This document shows, piece by piece, positions 43,010 to 53,036 of a stretch of DNA of 64,000 nucleotides (positions are counted from its first letter, which is position 1; every line of letters begins with the position of its first letter). The notes under the pieces are model-generated. The model saw only the letters and a list, made by a program, of their open reading frames with translations. It searched no databases and had not been told where the DNA came from. Origin of the DNA: Candidatus Zixiibacteriota bacterium (GTDB lineage: Bacteria; Zixibacteria; MSB-5A5; UBA10806; 4484-95); assembly GCA_037441845.1 (NCBI GenBank), contig JBBIRK010000001.1, forward strand, positions 241,184 to 305,183, in the 5' to 3' direction. The position numbers and the translations under genes were made by a program.

Positions 43010-44206
43010 TCACCTCAACTTCTCGATTTCATCCAAAATTCTATTCGCCAAAGCGGTCTTGGTCATTAGTTCTAACTGCAGCGGTTTCTTCCCCCTGACG
43101 ATAATCGCCGCCTTGTTGAAATCGGATCCGAATCCCGAGCCCTGTTCGGTCGGATCGTTGGCTACGATCATGTCCAGCCTTTTTTCTTTCAGTTTCTTCT
43201 CCGCACCCGCGATCAGATTTTCGGTTTCGAGCGCAAAACCGACCACCAGCCGTTTTCCCTTTTTCGCCGTTATTTCTTTCAGGATGTCGGGATTGGCTTC
43301 AAGTTTCAAAGCCAGCGATTCGCCGCTTCTTTTTATTTTTTGGGGTGCTACAGCATGTGCGCGGAAATCAGCCACGGCCGCCGCCATTATCAACACATCG
43401 GCTCCGGCGAACTCCGCTTTGACCGCTTTCAGCATCTGGGCGGCGGTTTCCACCGGTATGAATTTTACTTTGGGAGGCGGCAACAGGTTTACCGGGCCCG
43501 AAATCAGGCTGACCTGGGCGCCCCTTTCAACGGCAGCAGCTGCCAGAGCAAACCCCATCTTACCCGATGAACGGTTGGAAATGTAGCGGACGGGGTCGAT
43601 CGGCTCCACCGTCGGCCCGGCGGTGATAACGAATTTTTTCTCCGCCAGTCTTCCTGTTCGATTCAGAATTTCCTTCGCCCTGTTATAAATCTGTTCCGGT
43701 TCGACCATTCTTCCCGCCGCCACGATCAAACTCGCCAGATGTCCGGCTGTCGGGCCGATAAAATAGACGCCGCGCCGCGACAATTCCGCGATATTTCGCT
43801 GGGTGGCCTGATTCTGCCACATCTTGACATTCATGGCCGGGGCCACCAGTATCGGCCCGGAGAAAGCCAATAGCTGCGTCGATAAAACCTCGTCGGCGAT
43901 ACCCACGGCCATCTTGGCGATTATATTTGCGGTGGCGGGCGCCACCACGAACAACTCGGCCCAATCAGCCCAGCTCACATGCTCCAATGCATCGCGATTC
44001 GGATCCCACATCCCGGTGGAAACGGATTCCGCCCCCAGAGCCGAAAAGGAAAGCGGGGTTACGAATTTCTGCGCCGAGTCGGTCATTACTACCCGCACTT
44101 TCGCCCCGTTTTTCACGAAAAGACGTAATAGCTCGCAAGCCTTGAATGCGCCTATTCCGCCTGAAACGCCGAGAATTATCTTGTGTTGGTACGAATTATT
44201 ATCCAC
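43010..44206 (-). CDS. coaBC: Bifunctional phosphopantothenoylcysteine decarboxylase/ligase CoaBC
   Basis: GVSGGIGAFK, APATAN, APAMN, TAGPT.EPIDPVRYISNRSSGKMG, AAAVADF, GFALET. Confidence 0.97.
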   Translation of the reverse strand: MDNNSYQHKIILGVSGGIGAFKACELLRLFVKNGAKVRVVMTDSAQKFVTPLSFSALGAESVSTGMWDPNRDALEHVSWADWAELFVVAPATANIIAKMAVGIADEVLSTQLLAFSGPILVAPAMNVKMWQNQATQRNIAELSRRGVYFIGPTAGHLASLIVAAGRMVEPEQIYNRAKEILNRTGRLAEKKFVITAGPTVEPIDPVRYISNRSSGKMGFALAAAAVERGAQVSLISGPVNLLPPPKVKFIPVETAAQMLKAVKAEFAGADVLIMAAAVADFRAHAVAPQKIKRSGESLALKLEANPDILKEITAKKGKRLVVGFALETENLIAGAEKKLKEKRLDMIVANDPTEQGSGFGSDFNKAAIIVRGKKPLQLELMTKTALANRILDEIEKLR

Positions 44207-44543
44207 AAATCCGCTCCTGTCATAATAAAAAAATTATCTATAATATATTGATATCGCAAACACAATTAACCAAAATAATAATTCACCGATTGTTAACAAT
44301 GGAAATTATTTTTGGCGTCAAGAGATGGAAAATTTCTTCGGCCTCTGCTCCGTGAGTCGTCCATATAAAATCCTCGCGGCGTTTTCCACAAGTTGTCCAC
44401 ACCAGGCACGGACAGCAGGTTGCGCGCGATTATGAGCAGTATTTGATTGCATTGTAATAAGATAGACATCTCCTGCGGATTATTTCTGCCGGAAATGGGC
44501 GTTATGGCGGCTTTTTTCAACGTTTTTCAACACATTTTCCACG
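44199..44543. promoter_or_regulatory. DnaA-box cluster with AT-rich tract (candidate oriC)
   Basis: TTATCCACA 44199, TTTTCCACA 44382, TTGTCCACA 44393, TTTTCAACG 44514, TTTTCAACA 44524, TTTTCCACG 44535; AT-rich 44220-44315. Confidence 0.55.
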
Positions 44544-44615
44544 CCTTTATGGCGCTATTCGCCCGGAATTCGAGATCGCTTTGACCCGAACGGTTATTAT
44601 ATTATGATATACTTA

Positions 44616-45104
44616 ATGAAATTCATCTGTGATGATAATCTCGGCAAGCTGGCGAAATTTCTTCGTCTTCTCGGATATGACACCCATTTCGATCCGACAA
44701 TCGAAAACGCTCGTTTCGTCGCGATCGCGCTAAAGGAAAGCAGAATCGCTCTCACCCGCGATCATCGGATTCTTGCAAAGCTCGATCCGGCGAAAGTGAT
44801 GCATATCGATTGCGACGACCCCGAAGAACAACTGAAAAGGGTCTTTATTCGGTTCGCGCTATCGATTGACGGACAATCGCTTTTCAGCCGTTGTCTTGTC
44901 TGTAATGATCTCTGCAAAAAGGTAAACGCGGACGAGATCGCCGATCGGGTGTTTCCGTTCATTCTGCGTACGCAGACCCGATTTTATCGATGCCCTTCCT
45001 GCGATCGTGTTTTTTGGCGGGGGACCCATCATCGCGCAATGATCGCCCGCCTGAAAAAAATCTTCGGCTCGGTATTTCCCCCTGGAGACTCGTCGGTAGA
45101 GTGA
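44616..45104 (+). CDS. Mut7-C RNase domain (DUF82) protein
   Basis: FICD..LGKLAK.LR.LG.D, LTRD, SRC..CN, RC..C..VFW.GTH. Confidence 0.9.
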   Translation: MKFICDDNLGKLAKFLRLLGYDTHFDPTIENARFVAIALKESRIALTRDHRILAKLDPAKVMHIDCDDPEEQLKRVFIRFALSIDGQSLFSRCLVCNDLCKKVNADEIADRVFPFILRTQTRFYRCPSCDRVFWRGTHHRAMIARLKKIFGSVFPPGDSSVE

Positions 45105-45188
45105 AAAAATCAAAATTACAGGCCGGAGATTATCTTGCATCGATAATTGCCGCTTGCAAGCGGATTGAAATGGCTATATAATTTTTTT

Positions 45189-45752
45189 ATGGAAAAAATA
45201 AGGACGTTCGTCGCTGTCGCCTTGCCCGAGGATACAAAACGTGAGGTCGATAGGGTAATAACCAAATTAAAGCCGCAGGGTGGAGGGATAACCTGGGTGA
45301 AAGCCGCTAATCTTCATTTTACGCTTCGCTTTCTTGGCGATATCCCCGCCGAATCGATCGGACCGCTTAGAGATCAACTGGCGGTTTCAACGGAAAAATT
45401 CGGCGCATTTACAATATGTTTAAGTGGTTTAGGAGGTTTCCCCGATCTGCGCCGCCCGCGGGTCATCTGGATAGGGGCGGACGGCGAACTCGAAAAAATG
45501 AATGCACTTGCGGAAAAGACGGAACAAGGATGCCACCAGGCCGGGTTCGGCAGCACCGACAAGCCGTTTTCGCCTCACCTGACTATCGGCCGGGTCAAGA
45601 AGCCGATGGATCTTCGCAATCTAACGGCTGCGCTGCAATCGATTTCATTTCGATCCGAACGATTCCTGGTTGATCATTTGGTTGTTTACAAATCAGTTTT
45701 AACGCCGGCCGGGCCGATATACACGCCTTTGGAAAAAGTAAGAATCACATGA
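45189..45752 (+). CDS. thpR: RNA 2',3'-cyclic phosphodiesterase (2H family, LigT/ThpR)
   Basis: R.FVA, HFTLRFLG, PHLTIGR, S.LT..GPIY motifs. Confidence 0.92.
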   Translation: MEKIRTFVAVALPEDTKREVDRVITKLKPQGGGITWVKAANLHFTLRFLGDIPAESIGPLRDQLAVSTEKFGAFTICLSGLGGFPDLRRPRVIWIGADGELEKMNALAEKTEQGCHQAGFGSTDKPFSPHLTIGRVKKPMDLRNLTAALQSISFRSERFLVDHLVVYKSVLTPAGPIYTPLEKVRIT

Positions 45753-46047
45753 TTCCGCCCGGCTGGAATTAGTATAGGGCCGATATCGCGGTCAAAATCA
45801 TTAAGGCGGTGGTGTGATTGCCATAGGCGCCTCGACTCGAAATCCAAGAGATGAAAGCGGGACGAGACCGGGAATAATCACAGATGCGCCGAAAATTTGC
45901 CAATGACAGTGCTGATTCGGAAAGGGGCGGAAAACCCTAAGGGTTTGGGAACTTTATCGAGAATCTGACGTGATAAAAATTCGGGTAAAGGGATCGTGTA
46001 GAGAGACGGAACAAGCCAACCGATAATACAAAGCAAAAGGAGAGGAA

Positions 46048-46758
46048 ATGAAAAACAGATTAATCATGGAGAAAATAACGTTCAGACGACCGGGGATTTT
46101 GCCGGTCATCGGCGTGGCGGTAATCGTTCTCATCATGTCTATCGGCTGCTCCAATCTCAAGCGCCGTGATCAGGGCGCGATAATCGGCGCCACCACCGGC
46201 GGAGTGATCGGCGGCGTTATCGGAAATCGGGCAGGCAACACCGCGGTCGGGGCGATTCTGGGAGCGGTGATCGGAGGTGCGGCGGGCGCTTATATCGGTA
46301 ACTATATGGATAAGCAGGCCGAGGAGATGCAGAGGGATATCGAGGGTGCGCGGATAGAAAGGATCGGCGAAGGGATCAAGATCACTTTCGATTCCGGCAT
46401 TCTTTTCGACATAAATAAATCCGCCCTGCAATTACAGGCCCAAGAGAATTTGCGGAAACTGGCTGAGATTTTGAATAAGTACCCGGATACAGAGATCCTT
46501 ATCGAAGGCCATACCGACAACACCGGCTCCGAGGAGTATAATATGGAACTCTCGCTCAGGCGCTCGCAGTCGGTGGCCAATTTTCTGGCCTCCCAACAGG
46601 TGAATCCCAGTCGTTTCCATACCATGGCCTACGGTGAATCTCAACCTATCGCCACCAATGAAACGCCCGAGGGAAGACAGCAGAATCGGCGCGTGGAAAT
46701 CGCCATTTTCGCCAACGACAAATTGAAAAAAGCAGCGCAGGAAAAAGCCAACGGTTAA
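46048..46758 (+). CDS. OmpA-family lipoprotein with glycine zipper
   Basis: Lipobox SIGC, glycine zipper, EGHTD.TG...N..LS..R, RQQNRRVEI. Confidence 0.93.
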   Translation: MKNRLIMEKITFRRPGILPVIGVAVIVLIMSIGCSNLKRRDQGAIIGATTGGVIGGVIGNRAGNTAVGAILGAVIGGAAGAYIGNYMDKQAEEMQRDIEGARIERIGEGIKITFDSGILFDINKSALQLQAQENLRKLAEILNKYPDTEILIEGHTDNTGSEEYNMELSLRRSQSVANFLASQQVNPSRFHTMAYGESQPIATNETPEGRQQNRRVEIAIFANDKLKKAAQEKANG

Positions 46759-46797
46759 AGCCTACTCGGAAATAATTCCATAATCATGTAAACCATG

Positions 46798-46830
46798 GCC
46801 GACGGAAGCCGATCCGTCGGCTTTTGATTT
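46798..46830 (+). terminator. Rho-independent terminator after the ompA-like gene
   Basis: GCCGACGGA-loop-TCCGTCGGC-TTTT. Confidence 0.75.
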
Positions 46831-47231
46831 TCGCCCGCACTTTGATCCGGAGAGGAGTTCGTTTCTCATTATCAGCAGGCGATCGTCGACCGTATCACCG
46901 CCCCAGACACCACTGCAATTACGCGATTATCTCCGACTCCCGCGAAAGAAACGACTTCCTGACTGCAAGCGCGATCGCCGGTATTTAAGATTGGATCATG
47001 GCCGCATCGCTTTCCGGAAAATAGTCCGCCGCCACATAATATTGGATGATCCCCATACTTTCAGGAGTCGATTTCACGCCCGAGGCCGCCGGCAAAGTTG
47101 AAAAAGTGGAACGGGATTGTTAATTCCTTATGAATTCAGGGCTTATCCATCTGTTTCAAGTTGCCGGAATCGTCCGGCCATCGGGCACGCCCTTTGTTTT
47201 ATCCCTTGCGGAAAGAAACAAGGGAGCGGCC

Positions 47232-47447
47232 ATGAAAATGAAATTCACTCTGACAATGGAAGATCTCCTCGTCGAGGACACCAAAGTTGATAATATGATA
47301 ATCGACTGGATCGAGGAGGTTACGCAGGAAGAGGTTTTACAGATGTCTCAGCAGTGGATTACCTCCCAAAATTTTCTTACCGAACGGATGGTCGGTCTGA
47401 AAAGAGTCGGTGAATCATCACTCACTATAGAACCGGTGGAGGAATGA
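47232..47447 (+). CDS. Small acidic hypothetical protein (71 aa)
   Basis: AGGGAG RBS, ATG 47232, natural-looking composition. Confidence 0.7.
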   Translation: MKMKFTLTMEDLLVEDTKVDNMIIDWIEEVTQEEVLQMSQQWITSQNFLTERMVGLKRVGESSLTIEPVEE

Positions 47448-47451
47448 GGCG

Positions 47452-47778
47452 GTGGGTGAGATCAAACAATACATAAGACCGGTATTGGACTGGCTTATTT
47501 CACAATTCGGTCAAATTCGGGAGGCAGCCAGGGAACTCCTCGGGCATATTCCCGGCGCAGGCAAATACCTTTCCAATCATGCAGAAATATTTTTGATAGG
47601 GCTGGCTCTGATAGCCGCTGTGATATTGATTAAGCCCTTGATTAAATGGGCAGTGGTTATCGGCGTTATCGGTTCGCTGACTGCTTATGCGATTTCTATT
47701 TATCTTTGCCTGCCGTTCACGACCGTCTTGCCCTATGCTCTCAGTGGTGTCAGCCTGCTGATTTTGGCCGTTAGATGA
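47452..47778 (+). CDS. Small membrane protein (about 3 TM)
   Basis: GAGG RBS, GTG start, hydrophobic segments. Confidence 0.6.
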   Translation: MGEIKQYIRPVLDWLISQFGQIREAARELLGHIPGAGKYLSNHAEIFLIGLALIAAVILIKPLIKWAVVIGVIGSLTAYAISIYLCLPFTTVLPYALSGVSLLILAVR

Positions 47779-47789
47779 TCGGAGCGATT

Positions 47790-47948
47790 ATGTATCGCCG
47801 AAAAACCAAAAAAATATGTCATGAATGCGGCGGCAGACTGATGCGCGATTGGGACGAATATATCTGCCAGCGCTGCGGTAACAAGACGAATATCGAAATG
47901 GCGCGAAATACAACCAGCGATTTCGACTACGATGGGAAACAAGCATGA
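47790..47948 (+). CDS. 52-aa zinc-ribbon microprotein
   Basis: Below the ORF track cutoff: MYRRKTKKICHECGGRLMRDWDEYICQRCGNKT...; GGAG RBS; stop overlaps the next ATG (ATGA). Confidence 0.7.
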   Translation: MYRRKTKKICHECGGRLMRDWDEYICQRCGNKTNIEMARNTTSDFDYDGKQA

Positions 47949-48136
47949 ATCGCCCGGATAGTCAACACTGCCGCAATTGCGGCTGGATAGCCGATTCCGG
48001 AGCATTGCTTTTACTTGCCTGTCCCTCCTGCCAAGGGCGACTTAAAAACTGCGACCACGGCGAGCAGGACAATAAGGAAATAAGAGTCAGGGTGATCTCC
48101 AGCCGAACCGCCGATAAGGACTTTCTCAAGATTTAA
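47945..48136 (+). CDS. 63-aa zinc-ribbon microprotein
   Basis: CRNCG...CPSCQG; translationally coupled to the previous ORF. Confidence 0.6.
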   Translation: MNRPDSQHCRNCGWIADSGALLLLACPSCQGRLKNCDHGEQDNKEIRVRVISSRTADKDFLKI

Positions 48137-49115
48137 CACCAAATTCACCGGCGAACAAACGAGCCATACGATCGAGCAGATCGGCTCGTTTGTCTTTTCG
48201 ATTCGCACGGGCCGATCCGCAGGCGGTTTTCATCAGCTCTCTTACGAACTTTCCGTTTTCGATCCGCCGAAGCAGCCGCGACATGCCTTCAAGACTTTGC
48301 CTGTTGATAATCATCTTCTCGGCCCGACGGCTTCCTGCACGGGCGGTCGTGCTTATCCGGCGATACATCCCCTCGACACCGAAACGTTTGACCAAATCGA
48401 CGATCAGATCGAGTTGATAGACGCATTCGAGATAGGCGTTTTCCGGAGGTATTCCGGAATCGACCAAAGTGCTGAACCCGCCCCGCAGCAATCCGGCCAA
48501 ACCGCCGCATAGCACGGCCTGTTCTCCGAAAAGGTCGCCGATCGCTTCATCTCTGAAAGTGGTGATGATCAACCCGGCCCTGGCGCAGCCTATCGCCTTG
48601 CCGTAAGCCGCCGCGATATTCAAGGCCGATTCCGATTTATCGGCGGCGGCGATAAATGCCGGCACTCCCCGGCCGTTAAGATAATTCTCCCGAAGCCGTA
48701 TTCCGGGAGCGTGCGGGGCAACCAAGACGAAAGATGTCCCCCTCGGCCTTTCTATAAGCCCAAAATGAACCGAAAGACCATGGGCGAAAATGTAGCACTG
48801 CCCCTTTCGCGCATTGGCATAGATATATTTTTCGAATAATCGTCGGTGCAGATGATCGGGAATCATGACCGCGATCAAATCGGCATCCTTCACTGCGGAT
48901 TCGATGTCGACCACCCGTAATCCCGCCGCCGCAGCTGCCTTGCGCGAACTGCTGTGGGGACGCAGGCCGATAATCGGCGCAAAACCTGAATCGCGAAGGT
49001 TCAACGCTTGAGCTTCTCCCTGGGAACCGAAACCGATCACGGCTATCGATCTATTATCGAGGATATGCAAAGGAATTCGATTGTCTTTGAGTATGCGAAT
49101 CCGCCGGCGATTCAT
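48126..49115 (-). CDS. ilvC: Ketol-acid reductoisomerase
   Basis: IGFGSQG.AQALNLRDSG, FAHG, DLFGEQAVLCGG, PENAYLEC. Confidence 0.93.
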   Translation of the reverse strand: MNRRRIRILKDNRIPLHILDNRSIAVIGFGSQGEAQALNLRDSGFAPIIGLRPHSSSRKAAAAAGLRVVDIESAVKDADLIAVMIPDHLHRRLFEKYIYANARKGQCYIFAHGLSVHFGLIERPRGTSFVLVAPHAPGIRLRENYLNGRGVPAFIAAADKSESALNIAAAYGKAIGCARAGLIITTFRDEAIGDLFGEQAVLCGGLAGLLRGGFSTLVDSGIPPENAYLECVYQLDLIVDLVKRFGVEGMYRRISTTARAGSRRAEKMIINRQSLEGMSRLLRRIENGKFVRELMKTACGSARANRKDKRADLLDRMARLFAGEFGVKS

Positions 49116-49353
49116 ACGGGTGAAGTTACCCAAGGAGTCCGGCGATGTCAAGCAAGCCATTATCGAGGACCGATGGAATGAGAAGCCCTGCAATTCGCTA
49201 CATCAATGCCGAAATACCCACCTAACGCCGATCATGATCTCGAATGCAGCAATGGATAGACCGGCGACGATCATCGCCGCGCCTATACCGTTTACATAAA
49301 TTTGCAAGACATACCCGAAATTGCACTGGGCGATGGGAAACCGGGAAAGCGGC

Positions 49354-50379
49354 CTACATCACCCCGAAATATATGAGCGGGCGCAGTAGAAAATCGTCGC
49401 CGATAACTTCACCGTCGGAATCGACCTCGAGGGTCAAGTAAGCAAGGCGACGGAAATCGAGCGGCATGAGAGACACTTTCTTATAAAATACTCCGGCGGA
49501 AGAGTGATCCACTTTTTCCCAATCGAAAAGTATGGTGATTTTACCGGCGTCGTTCTCGCCGATCGCCCGCAACTGCATCGACCCTTTCGGCCTGTCTTTT
49601 CCACCGGCGGGAATTCCGTAATAGACCACGAATGAATCGACAACGGCCTTTTCCGGCAACTCGATAGGTATCGCAATAGATATCGTCCGCCCGTTGGCCG
49701 GAGCGTTATCCGGACCTTTGGTATAAATCCAATATTTCTTATCGTATATCACGCGCGCCGCTGCGGTCTCGTTGTTCTTGCGGCGGGGCCCGGCGAAGTA
49801 ACCCTCGAATATCTTGCTCTCCTCGAACTCGAGCTTTCCCGATCCTTTTTTAAGTTCCCAATTGAGCCCATCGGACGACTCCACCTCGAACTTGGGGAAA
49901 TAATCCTCAAGACAAAGCAACAGCACGTTTCCGCCGGCGCTTTCGATCGGATCCACGAATTTGGGCTCGGGCGGAGGCTTAGGCGGCTCTTTCGGCGGCG
50001 GCGGTATCGTATCGACCGGTATCGGTTCGGGCTCCTGCGGAGGCGGGGTAATAGAGACGGCTATCGCCGCCTCTTTGGTCTCCCCGGGCTCAATAACCCC
50101 CAGATTGATTATCGTGGAGTCATTGCCGAATTTCACCAGCAAAGCGTATTGGCCGGGTTCGACACTTTCCATGCTGAATTTGCCGAGCGTATCCGTGAGC
50201 GCCTGATAACGTTGAGGAATCGAATAGACCGCGGCCCCCCCCAGAGGCGTACCCTTATCGTCCTGCACGACCCCCTTTATGACTGCCGGCTTTTTGGCGC
50301 AGGATAAAACCAACCCTATCACCAACCCGATCACTATAGCGGGTCGTAACGCTTTAATCAAGCAAGGCCTATTATCCAC
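49354..50379 (-). CDS. Lipoprotein with carboxypeptidase-regulatory-like domain, Pro-rich linker and beta-sandwich domain
   Basis: Lipobox LSC, I.G.V.D..G.PL.GA.V...TD..G.F, PPPQEPEP..PPPPKEPPKPPPEP. Confidence 0.7.
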   Translation of the reverse strand: MDNRPCLIKALRPAIVIGLVIGLVLSCAKKPAVIKGVVQDDKGTPLGGAAVYSIPQRYQALTDTLGKFSMESVEPGQYALLVKFGNDSTIINLGVIEPGETKEAAIAVSITPPPQEPEPIPVDTIPPPPKEPPKPPPEPKFVDPIESAGGNVLLLCLEDYFPKFEVESSDGLNWELKKGSGKLEFEESKIFEGYFAGPRRKNNETAAARVIYDKKYWIYTKGPDNAPANGRTISIAIPIELPEKAVVDSFVVYYGIPAGGKDRPKGSMQLRAIGENDAGKITILFDWEKVDHSSAGVFYKKVSLMPLDFRRLAYLTLEVDSDGEVIGDDFLLRPLIYFGVM

Positions 50380-50547
50380 GGATGATTAATGTAGCAGAGC
50401 ACAGGAATTTTGTAAAGCATAAATTGCCTCGACCGACCATCCGAGTCTTTCCCATGTTGATTAAAATAGTGGAACTATTGGATTATGAAAATGAGTTTTA
50501 TTATCAATAAATTACTTTCGTTGCTTCACGATTATCTCGGAGGTATT

Positions 50548-52113
50548 ATGACAAAAAGGCTATCACGAACGGCCGCAATGCTGATATTACTGAGCTCCAC
50601 CGCGTCGATGGCAACCATCCATAATGTTTCTATTCCGGGCTTTTCATTCAGTCCGGCGAGTTTGAGCATCACCCAGGGCGATACCGTCACCTGGACCAAT
50701 AATCACTCTCTCCCCCACACCGCCACCTCCGACGCATTGCTCTGGGATACCGGGACTCTGACGACCGGCCAGTCGGCCAGCATCGTCTTCGATTCTGCGG
50801 GCGTGTTTCCTTATCATTGCGCCTTTCATCCAAGTATGTTGGGCACTTTAACCGTCAACGCTCTCGTTTATGACACTTTGATCGAAATCAACGATTTTTA
50901 TTTCAACCCGATAGTGATTCAGATTGCCCCCGGTCAGACTATCCGTTGGATAAACATGGGGGGAGTCGATCATACGACCACAGCCGACGGCGGTCTTTGG
51001 GATTCCGGAATTCTGGCTAACGGTCAATTTTTCGATTTCACATTCTCCGCCGAGGGAGTTTACGATTATCATTGCGATCTGCATCCGATGATGATGGGCA
51101 CCGTGGTGGTCGGGACGCCCGATAGTGTGGTTCTCGATATACGGATATCCGGATTCGATTTCGTGCCGCCGGCTGAAACGGTTATGCTGGGCGATTATAT
51201 CCGCTGGATCAATTTCGACGATATGCCGCATACTTCAACGTCCGACAGCGGCCAGTGGAATTCCGGCAATCTTGACCCGGGCGACTTTTATATATTACGG
51301 ATGACTACGCCCGGCGTTTTTCCCTATCATTGCGATTACCATCCCTCGATGACCGACACGATTTTTGTTTTGGATACTGTCGTAGTTGACACAATCGTGG
51401 AAATCATCGATTTCGCTTTCAATCCCCAAGTATTGCTGATCGCGCCGGGCAAATTGGTGCGCTGGATAAACAACGGAGGTCTGCATCATACCACCACGGC
51501 CGACAGCGGCCAGTGGGATTCGGGAATGCTGATGCCGGGTCAATATTTCGATTACCTTTTCACCTCCGAGGGCGTTTATGATTACCATTGCACGCCCCAT
51601 CCGTTCATGACCGGCACAGTCGTGGTAGGCCGCCCGGATTCGGTGGCTTTGGATATAAAGATCGTCGATTTCGCTTTCGTGCCCGCTGATACGACTGTCT
51701 CCCTGGGTTCATATGTCCGCTGGCTGAATACGGGCGAATTGGTTCACACTGCCACGGCCGACAGCGGCCAGTGGGATTCTGGAAATCTGAATCCAGGCGA
51801 CTTTTATATCCGTCGGATGGAGGAGGTCGGCGATTTTCCATATCACTGCACGCCGCATCCGGCTATGACGGCGATACTGCATGTTGAGGACACAACCGGT
51901 TTCCTACCGGGTGACGCCAACGGCGACGGCAATGTATTGGGTTCGGATGTAACCTATCTGGTGCGCTATTTCAAAGGACTCGGCCCGGCGCCCAATCCGA
52001 TTCTCGCCGGCGATACCAACGGTGATTGCAACGTGCTCGGTTCCGATGTCACTTATCTTGTGCGTTATTTCAAAGGACTCGGCCCGGCTCCTCACAGTGG
52101 AAGTTGTCTCTGA
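50548..52113 (+). CDS. Secreted five-domain cupredoxin (amicyanin/plastocyanin-like) with dockerin-like C-terminus
   Basis: Signal peptide; five H-T...YHC-x2-HP-x-M type-1 Cu sites (CAFHPSM, CDLHPMM, CDYHPSM, CTPHPFM, CTPHPAM); GDANGDG/GDTNGDC dockerin. Confidence 0.9.
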   Translation: MTKRLSRTAAMLILLSSTASMATIHNVSIPGFSFSPASLSITQGDTVTWTNNHSLPHTATSDALLWDTGTLTTGQSASIVFDSAGVFPYHCAFHPSMLGTLTVNALVYDTLIEINDFYFNPIVIQIAPGQTIRWINMGGVDHTTTADGGLWDSGILANGQFFDFTFSAEGVYDYHCDLHPMMMGTVVVGTPDSVVLDIRISGFDFVPPAETVMLGDYIRWINFDDMPHTSTSDSGQWNSGNLDPGDFYILRMTTPGVFPYHCDYHPSMTDTIFVLDTVVVDTIVEIIDFAFNPQVLLIAPGKLVRWINNGGLHHTTTADSGQWDSGMLMPGQYFDYLFTSEGVYDYHCTPHPFMTGTVVVGRPDSVALDIKIVDFAFVPADTTVSLGSYVRWLNTGELVHTATADSGQWDSGNLNPGDFYIRRMEEVGDFPYHCTPHPAMTAILHVEDTTGFLPGDANGDGNVLGSDVTYLVRYFKGLGPAPNPILAGDTNGDCNVLGSDVTYLVRYFKGLGPAPHSGSCL

Positions 52114-52177
52114 TAAATATTGCTCCCATGGTTGAATGGAAACAAATAGCAAAACGTTTTCGGGAAAGGAAATCAAA

Positions 52178-53011
52178 ATGAAGAAAACAGCGATCTATTT
52201 TGTTGCGGCTCTCATGCCCGTATTGGCTTTGGCATTTTCGAGCGGCCCGCCCAACGGCATGACCGGAGCCCCCGGCGAGGCCAACTGCACCAGCTGCCAC
52301 GACTCGTTTCCGGTCAACAGCGGCAACGGCGGTCTCACAATCGATGGGCCCAGCACGTTCGAACCCGGTCGGACTTATGAGATAACGGTTACTATATCCG
52401 ACCCCGGACAAAGACGTTGGGGATTCGAAATCACCCCATTGACAATAGGAACCTGCACTATTACGCAGGCCGCCCATACTCAATTAAGCGTCCAAAATAA
52501 CAGATCATATGTCAAGCATACCACCGCCGGCACATTCAACGGCACTATGGACGGCCCCATAAGCTGGAGATTCAACTGGACCGCGCCCCTGGATGCGCCC
52601 GATCAGGTTGCGTTCTACGCCGCCGGAAACGCCGCCAACGGCAATGGCAACAACAGTGGAGATTATATTTATACCACTTCCTTTTCCTCAAACCGCACCA
52701 CGGACATCGATGATTATATACAACCGCTGTTGCCGGGGAATTTGGCCCTGGCTAATTACCCTAATCCATTTAATTCCTCCACGGAAATCAGATTCAACCT
52801 ACCCGGCGATAGCAAAACCTCGCTGGAGATATACGATATCACCGGCAGATCGGTTAAGATCATGGAATTCGGCCACCTGGGCGCCGGCTTGCATAGCGTT
52901 CAGTGGGATGGAACCGATTATCGGGGACAAGCCGTTTCGAGCGGTATTTATTTGATCAGGTTGGCAGGCGAAACCGAGTCCAAGACACATAGGGTTTTAC
53001 TTCTAAAATAG
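52178..53011 (+). CDS. Secreted Reeler-like (choice-of-anchor V-like) protein with CxxCH heme motif and T9SS/FlgD-like CTD
   Basis: S.GPP...TGAPGE.NCTSCH, W.F.WTAP, FYAAGNAANG....GD.IY, NYPNPFN CTD. Confidence 0.8.
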   Translation: MKKTAIYFVAALMPVLALAFSSGPPNGMTGAPGEANCTSCHDSFPVNSGNGGLTIDGPSTFEPGRTYEITVTISDPGQRRWGFEITPLTIGTCTITQAAHTQLSVQNNRSYVKHTTAGTFNGTMDGPISWRFNWTAPLDAPDQVAFYAAGNAANGNGNNSGDYIYTTSFSSNRTTDIDDYIQPLLPGNLALANYPNPFNSSTEIRFNLPGDSKTSLEIYDITGRSVKIMEFGHLGAGLHSVQWDGTDYRGQAVSSGIYLIRLAGETESKTHRVLLLK

Positions 53012-53036
53012 AACCATGCAAGTCGGAGGATTGAAG

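Noticed and set aside
49203..49306. Short hydrophobic minus-strand ORF (LQIYVNGIGAAMIVAGLSIAAFEIMIGVRWVFRH)
   Set aside because: No clear start codon or RBS; cannot be supported
50600..51900. CRISPR-like or tandem DNA repeats (GACAGCGGCCAGTGG recurrences)
   Set aside because: Explained by duplicated cupredoxin domains; no CRISPR array seen anywhere in the window
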